Of a DNA stretch of 32,000 nucleotides, positions 10,548 through 18,499 are shown piece after piece. The DNA comes from Promethearchaeota archaeon (GTDB lineage: Archaea; Asgardarchaeota; Lokiarchaeia; Sigyniarchaeales; Promethearchaeaceae). Position 1 is the stretch's first letter. Every line of letters starts with the position of its first letter. The DNA is taken from NCBI GenBank assembly GCA_016933055.1, contig JAFGBS010000028.1, forward strand, positions 240,001 to 272,000, given 5' to 3'. The notes under the pieces were generated by a model that had not been told where the DNA came from, made no database searches, and saw only the letters and a list, made by a program, of their open reading frames with translations. A program made the translations under genes and the position numbers.

Positions 10548-11810
10548 TCATAATATTGACTTAACCATGTCTCTAAGTGCTCTACTGGTTAAAATCAATT
10601 GAATATTGCGAGATCCCCCTATAATTTCTTGAACATGACTCACTGCAAGTGCTTTTTCAACTCTTAGATTGTCAGTAAATGCAATCCCTCCTATCAATTG
10701 CTGCATTTCATAATTGATTTTATGGGCTAAATTGGAGGCCAAAAATTTTGTTCCCGAAGAAAAAGCTGCATTATATTTATGTATGTCTGCTTTATCCGGA
10801 TATTTTAGAGTTTTTCGATATTCATCACCAGTTTGGAGTCCTAATTCGGTAGCAGCCATCAATTCCGTAAATAATTGAGTTATTGGCATATAAATACCTT
10901 GGAATTGATATATTCTCTGCCCAAATTGTTCACGCAGATTTGTATAAATTAATGCTGTTATGGCTGTTAACCATGCCACACCTAAACTAGACCCCACTAT
11001 TGCATCCCTTTCAGCAACTAATCCAGTGAATAGGTTAGTGTACCCACCACCACGCCCCCCCAATACATTTCCTTTGGGAACTTTAACATTTTTAAAGATT
11101 GATTGTCCAATTTGCACGCGTGGTATTGAAGTTATTCCTAAACGGTAGGTTTCAATTCCTTCAAATTCCCTTTCTACAATAACTTGATACATAGTTCCAC
11201 GTGGATTCTCAATGTCAGTTACGCCATAAACAATGAAATAATCAGCTACCGGTCCATTTGTGGTATAGACTTTCTCAGCATTAAGTAGTAAATAATCTCC
11301 CCTCTCTTCAATCGTAGATCTCATATGGACTGCATCTGAACCCCTTTCCCGTTCAGTAATGCAGATACAACCTATTTTTTCTCCTTTTAATACCTGATCT
11401 AAAATCTCTTGTACGTGTTTATTTCCTCCATACTTAAAAACAGGATTCCCAAAAATTACACCCGTGACGACACGGGCAAGATCTAACTCAGGATCTACGA
11501 TTGAAGTAGCCATAGCAAGCAATAGTTCATACCTCATTCCATACCTGCCAGATCCAGCGAGATCTCCATAGGGATTTAATCGTTGAATGTAGTTCTTTTT
11601 ACCTAATATCTTAAATAACTCGTATACATCCTTATCAAGATTAATACTAGGTTCAATCCGTTCCAACATATAATCCTCAACTTCACGAAGGAATTCCCGT
11701 TCATCGTTACTTATCATAGGAAAAATGAACTGATTGAAAATCCGGTAAATGTTTCGTGTTGTGAGTTTTGATTTTATTTCATCAGAAAGTATATTTACTC
11801 CTTTTTTCAT
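10548..11810 (-). CDS. Acyl-CoA dehydrogenase family protein
   Basis: Motifs CICITERERGSDA, LNAEKVYTTNG, F.NVKVPKGNVLG..G.G, REQFGQRI, QLIGGIAF and IIGGSRNIQ. Confidence 0.92.
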   Translation of the reverse strand: MKKGVNILSDEIKSKLTTRNIYRIFNQFIFPMISNDEREFLREVEDYMLERIEPSINLDKDVYELFKILGKKNYIQRLNPYGDLAGSGRYGMRYELLLAMATSIVDPELDLARVVTGVIFGNPVFKYGGNKHVQEILDQVLKGEKIGCICITERERGSDAVHMRSTIEERGDYLLLNAEKVYTTNGPVADYFIVYGVTDIENPRGTMYQVIVEREFEGIETYRLGITSIPRVQIGQSIFKNVKVPKGNVLGGRGGGYTNLFTGLVAERDAIVGSSLGVAWLTAITALIYTNLREQFGQRIYQFQGIYMPITQLFTELMAATELGLQTGDEYRKTLKYPDKADIHKYNAAFSSGTKFLASNLAHKINYEMQQLIGGIAFTDNLRVEKALAVSHVQEIIGGSRNIQLILTSRALRDMVKSIL

Positions 11811-11890
11811 ACGAAATGTTTACACCTTGATTCTATTAAAGATTCACTCCTCGTTTATAGTATATTGGGCATAAGTTCCCACACTTAGGT

Positions 11891-11921
11891 GATGATAAAA
11901 AATAGAAATACTTTTATCATC
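11891..11921. repeat. Perfect 10-bp inverted repeat, possible operator upstream of the acyl-CoA dehydrogenase
   Basis: GATGATAAAA (11891-11900), an 11-nt spacer, then TTTTATCATC (11912-11921). Confidence 0.5.
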
Positions 11922-12242
11922 GTTAATAAGAGCGAAAACCTAGTATACAAAATACACCACATCATCTTGCGATACTTTTAATTTCTTGATTATTGAACTA
12001 TACCGAATCCCCGGTACTCAACAGTTTAGCAATAATATCCTAGAGGATATACGAAAAAAGTCTCTTTGCCATATCTATTCCTATACACATAATGCATAGT
12101 ATCCCACAGGAAAATCGAGTTCAATCCCATTTGGTAGAGGTTTAATTTGATTAAGGCGGAATAAATAGATAAATACAGTTTTCTAGGTGCTAATTAGTGT
12201 ATTGTTAGATATTTGAAGAAAAAAGGGATAAATTTAGGTTTT

Positions 12243-13004
12243 TTAATCTTCGTCTTTCTTCGATGTGAGTTGACTCAACCAGATTAAGATAGGTGATATT
12301 GTCCATATAGTATAACCAATAGCGGTTATCCACCACGCGTATATATTTGGAATACCCACTAATATAAAATACAGCATACCAGCGGGTATAAATGCAATTC
12401 CAATTGTCAGAAGAAACATTTTTTTCTTAAGTTGTCTTTTATCAACCTTGCGAGTTAATAATAGCAACATTATAACCGTATAGATAAATAATGCAAACGG
12501 TACAGCGGATAATATTAATGTCATTATGCCTACATCGGGTTGAACGATGTAGTTTGTTCCTGGGGGTGGTAAGTCCTCTGGAGGAATTAAATTATAGGAT
12601 AAGTCATAAACCTGAACACTGTCAATAATTACAAGCCAGACTGCAATTATTGCGAAAATACCAATTTCAATGTATAATCTGGTTTTATTTATTGAATCTT
12701 GACCTCCCTTTATTATATCATATGATTTGTATATCAAGAATGCCATCGCTAAAACCGCAATTACGCCGATATCTCTTAATCTGTTCCCTATAAAATGTAC
12801 TGCTGGTGAAATTGGGAGTAATACAAAAACAAACGCGTCTGCTATAATATACACTACCCAACATAAGAATGCAGCAAAATACATTTTATTAAGAATATAA
12901 TCTCGTTTTTGTCGGAGAATCGCAAAAGCTGATATTGTAAATAACAAAATATTTACTAATTTAGCAATAAGAGCAAACTGCTCCACTGGATTGATGTATA
13001 CCAT
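12243..13004 (-). CDS. Stand-alone seven-transmembrane protein (HisKA_7TM-like sensor-type domain without a kinase)
   Basis: Seven hydrophobic helices counted by eye. ATG at 13004 (MVYINPVEQ) is preferred over the ORF-track start at 13070. Confidence 0.65.
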   Translation of the reverse strand: MVYINPVEQFALIAKLVNILLFTISAFAILRQKRDYILNKMYFAAFLCWVVYIIADAFVFVLLPISPAVHFIGNRLRDIGVIAVLAMAFLIYKSYDIIKGGQDSINKTRLYIEIGIFAIIAVWLVIIDSVQVYDLSYNLIPPEDLPPPGTNYIVQPDVGIMTLILSAVPFALFIYTVIMLLLLTRKVDKRQLKKKMFLLTIGIAFIPAGMLYFILVGIPNIYAWWITAIGYTIWTISPILIWLSQLTSKKDED

Positions 13005-13069
13005 AGAGATCTGATTGTGATTCAGACCTAAATATATGGGGAAAATAAGAAGAAAAAAAAATAGTTTCA

Positions 13070-14389
13070 CTATTTTCTGTAATAACCATATTTTTTGACC
13101 GCATTTTCCATTGCAAGAACATTTTCGTGCCGTGCTTCATCCGGAATGCCTGCAATCGCCCCATCAATAAGGTAGCCCCCACCTTCGGAACAATCTTCTA
13201 TATTTTGCCTAACATACTCCTCCACTTGTTGAGGAGTTCCTGCAACTAATAAAGAAGCGGGAACATTTCCGCGGATACACACATATTGTCCCATCATCTC
13301 CTTTACTTGCTTCATATCAATATCGTGGAACCAATAAACCATTTTTCCTTTATGTTTTTTAGCAAACTCTGCCAAGTACTCTAATCGATCACTATAACAC
13401 CCTTCAAAGAAAGGAACTGGAATGATTTCACGCTCTATCATGCCTTCCATCATCATAGTAAGACTTGGCCAATAGAATTCCTCGAATTGTTTATTATTCA
13501 TAAATCCATTGGCGCCTCGATGTAAAGGAATAAAACACAGTCTAGGTACACCCTCTGAGTCATCTGATTCATAAATACTTTTCCCAGAGTCAATACTTCT
13601 CAATGTAGCCTTTGCTAGGATATCACAGAGTCTTTTTAACTCATCAGGTCGTCGATACATATCCAGCATGGTCCCTCTCATACCCCTAACTGAATCCGAG
13701 ATTCGATCAAATGAAGCCATATATAATCCACCCCCCATACCCCCAAGAGGAAATCCAAGAGATTCCATCTTTTTCTTATAAGGTCCCAAGGTTAGTAAAT
13801 ACGGAAGCAGTTTAAGCTTGCTCAAATTAACTTTTCTAACCATTTTTAGAAAATCTTTATCAATTAGGAATAATCCCAGGTCCATTCCAGAACCCATAAA
13901 TGCAAATTTGTCCAAACCTGGGAATTTACTGAAGGCACTAAGACCTACATTCTGTTTTGCTACAATTTTTCGAAGGAAAAATCCCGTAGGATCATCTAAA
14001 CACTCATCATATTCATCTTGTTTCATCCATTCTCCTTCAACGGCTTGAAAAGGTCGATTATCAGGTAGTCGAGAGTTGGGGTCTTTTGCTCCCGGCCATT
14101 TGAAATTTTGTATTCCAAGTACATCATAAAAATGTCCAAATCCATTTTGAGAGACTCCAGGATATAAATCCCAATCATACCGTTTACAGATTTTTATAGT
14201 CGCTAGTAAATTCTTTCGTCCACTATACCAAACCTCTTTTTGACTGAGTCCAGCTTGATTAGAAATAAAAAACGGGTTCATCTGCGGTGTTAATGGTACT
14301 CTATCTGGTTCTTTCAAGTTTATGGCATCATTCACTCTTTGGATTCTGTCTTTAAATAATTGCTTTTTGTGTTTTGACATATTATTCAC
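13070..14389 (-). CDS. Uroporphyrinogen decarboxylase (URO-D)/MtaA-like methyltransferase family protein
   Basis: Motifs INLKEPDRVPL, FDRISDSVRGMRGTMLDMYRRP, FIPLHRG and CIRGNVPASLL..GTP..VEEY..GGGYLI. Adjacent to a corrinoid protein gene. Confidence 0.85.
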   Translation of the reverse strand: MNNMSKHKKQLFKDRIQRVNDAINLKEPDRVPLTPQMNPFFISNQAGLSQKEVWYSGRKNLLATIKICKRYDWDLYPGVSQNGFGHFYDVLGIQNFKWPGAKDPNSRLPDNRPFQAVEGEWMKQDEYDECLDDPTGFFLRKIVAKQNVGLSAFSKFPGLDKFAFMGSGMDLGLFLIDKDFLKMVRKVNLSKLKLLPYLLTLGPYKKKMESLGFPLGGMGGGLYMASFDRISDSVRGMRGTMLDMYRRPDELKRLCDILAKATLRSIDSGKSIYESDDSEGVPRLCFIPLHRGANGFMNNKQFEEFYWPSLTMMMEGMIEREIIPVPFFEGCYSDRLEYLAEFAKKHKGKMVYWFHDIDMKQVKEMMGQYVCIRGNVPASLLVAGTPQQVEEYVRQNIEDCSEGGGYLIDGAIAGIPDEARHENVLAMENAVKKYGYYRK

Positions 14390-15005
14390 TCATCCATTCA
14401 TTCGCTATTTTGACAGCGGTGACAGCTGAGTCTCCAAATTTATCGGCTCCAACATATTCAACGATTCTTTCATCAATAGTACCTCCACCAATCATGATTT
14501 TAAGAGAATCTCTAAATCCTTCAGCCTGTAGTTTTTCTATAATTTCTTTCATGGAATCAAAAGAAAGCGTAAGGAACCCGCTTAATGCTAATATCTTCGG
14601 ACTGTGTTCTATAATAGCTTTTATAAATTTTTCCGCAGGAACATCCACACCTAAATCAATAACTTCATAGCCATTTATATCCAGCATAAATCGAACTATG
14701 TCTTTACCAATGTCATGTATGTCTCCCGCAACAGTTCCAAGTATTATTTTGCCTTTAGATTCAGTCGCAGCCCCTTCTTTTAATTTTGGTTGCAGGAGTT
14801 CGAAAATTTCCTTAAGAATTTCTCCTGACATAATGAGTTCAGGCAAAAAATATTCGCGTTCACTAAACTTATCCCCAATGATCTTCATAGCGGTTTTTAC
14901 ATCAGTTAAAATTGCTAGTGGGTCCTCGTCACTATCCAATCGCTTTTTTAATAGTTCATGGACAACATCTTCATTCAAATCTACTAATTCATCGATAAAT
15001 CCCAT
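14382..15005 (-). CDS. Corrinoid (cobalamin-binding) methyltransferase protein, MtaC/MttC-like
   Basis: Cap domain (IGDKFSEREYFLPELIMSGE), B12 motif GTVAGDIHDIGKDIV, LALSGFLT and IMIGGG. Overlaps the URO-D gene by 8 bp. Confidence 0.92.
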   Translation of the reverse strand: MGFIDELVDLNEDVVHELLKKRLDSDEDPLAILTDVKTAMKIIGDKFSEREYFLPELIMSGEILKEIFELLQPKLKEGAATESKGKIILGTVAGDIHDIGKDIVRFMLDINGYEVIDLGVDVPAEKFIKAIIEHSPKILALSGFLTLSFDSMKEIIEKLQAEGFRDSLKIMIGGGTIDERIVEYVGADKFGDSAVTAVKIANEWMSE

Positions 15006-15537
15006 AAATTTTCACATTTTAAGGTTATTAAAGAAAATTTGTTGAAATACTATTTAAAGGAGATTTTCCGCTATTCACTCTTGAGATTAGTTACACACAA
15101 ATTGGTATCATTGTGGGATATACCTAAGTATGGCTATAATACACATAAGAAGACGTGAAACAGCAATTTCACGAAGAATTAATGTGAATTCTTGGTATGA
15201 TACAACGAATAATAAATCAAATTTGTTATGTCAACACCTATTCTACCCTTTAGAACGATCGGCGAAGCCGAGGTAAACGCTTTAACGTAAAACTATGATG
15301 AAATAGCGTGATATGTATAAATCAAAACCAGATTACGAATTTTTACCAATTTAATACCCGATCAGATGTAGAATACTTAAGTCCTTGGTGCAGGAACGTG
15401 GTCCAATTGGAAGATCCACCATCATGTGTTCGTTAGAACACGCCAAAGCCGAATGCGAATAGATATTGATTCTTTAAAAATTTCAATCGATATAGAATTC
15501 TTCTTAATTAATAGATTTATATCTTTGTTCAACATAA

Positions 15538-15837
15538 ATGAAGGAGAACAAATTTAATACTGTGAATGTAATTTCAACAAGTATGGATTTTAAGCAAAGG
15601 ACGATAATTCGATGGATAATTGGTGCAATTGAGTTTACCTGTATTGTCGTCGGTATCATCTTATTGTATTTGTGGATAAACATCCCACGTATAAATACAC
15701 GTCCTTGGTTTATTTTAGATGCTGTTGTGTTCGTACTAGCAATGCTTGTGCTGTTTATTTTGGAAAATTTCGTATTTAAAAGTGATGAGGATGAACTGAG
15801 GGATGTCTATGGTAATGGTCCTATTGCTGCCGGGTAG
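15538..15837 (+). CDS. Small hypothetical two-TM membrane protein
   Basis: 99 aa ORF with two hydrophobic helices. It may start at ATG 15583. Confidence 0.5.
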   Translation: MKENKFNTVNVISTSMDFKQRTIIRWIIGAIEFTCIVVGIILLYLWINIPRINTRPWFILDAVVFVLAMLVLFILENFVFKSDEDELRDVYGNGPIAAG

Positions 15838-16050
15838 CATACCAATTTATTCAAAAAATATTGCGATTAGAAAAGAAACCCGATCATTTCTGCTTCTTAG
15901 GGTATATTCTCTGTCTCTTACTTCCCTTTTACCTCTTTCCCTTGTATAGTCTATCTCCTAATAGCTTGAATTTAATTCCGATAATCACGATCCAAGTTTT
16001 TATTGTCTGGCGATCAATGATTACGAGGAAATCATAGGTACCAAAAGTCA

Positions 16051-16704
16051 GTGGAGTACACAATAATCGATGGATCAACTGCTCACCAAGGTGTTGGTAT
16101 CGATGGGGAAATATTTCTTGCTTCGATGGTAGCAAATGCATTCGAAATTTCAAATATACAGACATTAATTAGATTGTCGTTAAAAATGCTTCCTAAAGCA
16201 ATTGAGTATCGGAAATTCATCGAGAAATGTTTTGAAATAGATAAAAATCATTCAAAATGGAGGGAGGGGAGAGCTTCCGTGCTCAAGCACTAGAATAAAA
16301 AGCGATTACGTTTACAAAAAGAAGCAATTTCATGGTATTGTAAAATACACTATTTAGGATTTTGGGACTTTCTACATGTACTTCCGAATGCTAGTATAAT
16401 AACACTTAGTATGCTATACGGGACGTATGATAAAATGGATCCATTCAGTCGACCTATATGCTTAGCAGCCATGATGGCTTTAGATACGGATTTCAATTGT
16501 GGAAATATAGGAACGGTCATGGGTACCATTTTCGATGCTGAGAACATCCCTAAGAGATGGATTACTCCCTTAAATAATGAATTTTACACCTATGTAAAAG
16601 GATAAGAAGATAGGAAAATTACTGAACTAGCCAACTGAATAACTAAAATGGATATAAAATTAATAATAACAAAATGTGCTGAGAGAATCATCGAGGAAAT
16701 ATAA
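16051..16704 (+). pseudogene. ADP-ribosylglycohydrolase (ARH/DraG family) pseudogene
   Basis: One continuous frame reads STAHQGVGIDGEIFLASMVANAF...HVLPNASIITLSMLYG...DTDFNCGNIGTVMG....ENIPKRWITPLNN...ITELAN. It is interrupted by TAG 16291, TAA 16603 and TGA 16636 and ends at TAA 16702, 3 nt before the ribokinase ATG. The N-terminus is missing or frameshifted. Confidence 0.75.
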
Positions 16705-16707
16705 AAT

Positions 16708-17646
16708 ATGGTAAAAATTACAGTATTAGGAAGTTATAATCAAGATATCACAATGATTACCCCTAAGATTCCCCAAAAGGGAGAGACTGTCAGTAAAGCG
16801 ACGATGCATCTAAATCCTGGTGGCAAAGGAAATAATCAAGCGCATGCCGCTCATAAATTAGGAGCAGAGGTACTTTTAATTGCGAAAGTGGGAAAGGACT
16901 TTTTTGGAGAATCAGCCCTTCATTATCTCAAAGCGGAAGGTATAAGCACCATCGGAATCCTTCAAGATGAACAACATCGAACTGGAACTGCCACAATTTT
17001 GGTAGATGAACAATCGAAGGATAATATGATCGTAGTTGCACCGGGAGCAAATCACCATATTTTAGTGACTGAGTTAGATAAGTTAAGTAGTCAGATCCAA
17101 GCCAGTGATATATGCATTTTTCAATTCGAAAACAACATTGAAGCAATTCTGCGCGCGATGGAAATTGCTGACCATGGAAATTCCACAATTATTTTAAATC
17201 CCGCTCCTATGGTTCATCCATTTCCCCAAAAAGTTTTCAACTATATTGATATTCTGATTATGAATGAAATTGAAGCATCCTTAATTGCTAAACAAGAAAT
17301 AAATTCCAAAAAAACCGCTATGTCAGCTGTTAAGTCTATCGCAAAAAATCACAAAATTATTGCCATTATCACTCTCGGAAGTAAGGGGGCTATTGCTTGG
17401 GACGGAAAAAAGGAATATTATCAACCATCCTATGAAGTTGAAGTGAGAGATACAACAGGGGCAGGGGATGCATTTATCGGAGCTTTCGCTGTGGAATATG
17501 CTAAAAATCAAGAGGTGGAAAAAGCTTTACAGTTTGCTACAGCTGCAGCTGCGATAAATATCACACGAATTGGAGCAAGTGCAGCAAATCCAAATATAAA
17601 AGAGGTTGAAACTTTCTTAAAAAGAAGAAAAAATAAATTCACATGA
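16708..17646 (+). CDS. rbsK: Ribokinase (PfkB family)
   Basis: Motifs GSYNQD, GGKGNNQAHAAHKLG, LNPAP, ILIMNEIEA, ITLGSKG and DTTGAGDAFIGAF. Confidence 0.9.
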   Translation: MVKITVLGSYNQDITMITPKIPQKGETVSKATMHLNPGGKGNNQAHAAHKLGAEVLLIAKVGKDFFGESALHYLKAEGISTIGILQDEQHRTGTATILVDEQSKDNMIVVAPGANHHILVTELDKLSSQIQASDICIFQFENNIEAILRAMEIADHGNSTIILNPAPMVHPFPQKVFNYIDILIMNEIEASLIAKQEINSKKTAMSAVKSIAKNHKIIAIITLGSKGAIAWDGKKEYYQPSYEVEVRDTTGAGDAFIGAFAVEYAKNQEVEKALQFATAAAAINITRIGASAANPNIKEVETFLKRRKNKFT

Positions 17647-17803
17647 AAGATTCAAAAGTGGATTATAAGTTCTTTAGATGGTGCGACTATTTGCTTAAAA
17701 TCGAAAGAATTTCAAGAGTTAATAATGCAATCATGACTTTTTTCATAATTTCTAATTTAATATTATATTATGATTTTTTTAAGGAAGACCCATTGTAAGA
17801 CTA

Positions 17804-18484
17804 ATGGATACGATGGATAGGATGTCCGATCCCATTTTTCAGAAATACCCCAATGCATCAAGAGTAAAAAATAGAGAATATCATTTGCAAATCCCACTTA
17901 CTAAAGACGTTAGTATTTTTATCAATTTCAAGCGATATCCTTATCCTCCAAATGTGAAACTCGTAAAAGAATCGGGTGAGAGGTTTCGTCTTACTACTGT
18001 TTTATCCCATCTAAGGGATTGGAATGTGAAAGAACCCTTTAGTTTAGTTTCAGTTATAGATGAAGTTTTCTTATTAGTAGAAAGTATCATTAATCGGCAG
18101 ATTCCTTTCACAGAATCATGTTTTCAAGGATTAATCGACATATGTAAGGAAAATCATCCGAGAAAAATACAAGGAGTTTTATCCGTTCATCAAGGAAAAG
18201 TATCACAGCTTATTATTCCTGCAATTGAATGCTCGGAACCAGAGAATAGGATTAATTATGTCAATTTTCAATCTATGTGTGTTCTTCCTTTCGATTTATC
18301 CTACGAAGGAACATTTATTTCTCGACCCGATGGAAATTTAAGCATAAATAGGAGACTAAATCGAGTGTTTCGGAAACGAAGATTTACAATGCTTCTTGGT
18401 CATCCATATGATAATCCGGAAAATGTGAGATTATTTGATCGGGATGGAAGAGAATTAAGTTATGTCATTTTAAGTAATAGATAG
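17804..18484 (+). CDS. UEV/UBC-like (BRE/BRCC45-like) domain fused to a catalytically inactive JAB/MPN domain
   Basis: N-terminal part has YHLQIP..IFINF..YPYPP..LSHLRDWNVKEPFSLVSVIDEV with no catalytic Cys. C-terminal part has HPRKIQGVL, GTFISRPDG and LLGHPYD..NVRLFDRDG, following archaeal JAMM proteins but without the E/H/H/D residues. Confidence 0.65.
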   Translation: MDTMDRMSDPIFQKYPNASRVKNREYHLQIPLTKDVSIFINFKRYPYPPNVKLVKESGERFRLTTVLSHLRDWNVKEPFSLVSVIDEVFLLVESIINRQIPFTESCFQGLIDICKENHPRKIQGVLSVHQGKVSQLIIPAIECSEPENRINYVNFQSMCVLPFDLSYEGTFISRPDGNLSINRRLNRVFRKRRFTMLLGHPYDNPENVRLFDRDGRELSYVILSNR

Positions 18485-18499
18485 TGAAATTTTTTCAAG

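Noticed and set aside
12243-13004. Rhodopsin or heliorhodopsin call for the 7TM protein
   Set aside because: There is no retinal-binding Lys in helix 7.
12083-15148. Shared ATACACATAA (12083 and 15139) and inverted TATCCCACA/TGTGGGATA (12100 and 15112) in two intergenic gaps
   Set aside because: Matches of 9-10 bp are expected by chance between AT-rich regions of 400-500 bp.
15006-15537. Cobalamin riboswitch upstream of the corrinoid gene
   Set aside because: No B12-box or GGGAA/GCCACTG consensus elements were found on the minus strand.
16291-16638. In-frame stops in the ARH frame as pyrrolysine/selenocysteine recoding or an alternative genetic code
   Set aside because: All three stop types occur (TAG, TAA, TGA), the N-terminus is lost, and other genes use these codons as normal stops. 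Decay is the simpler explanation.
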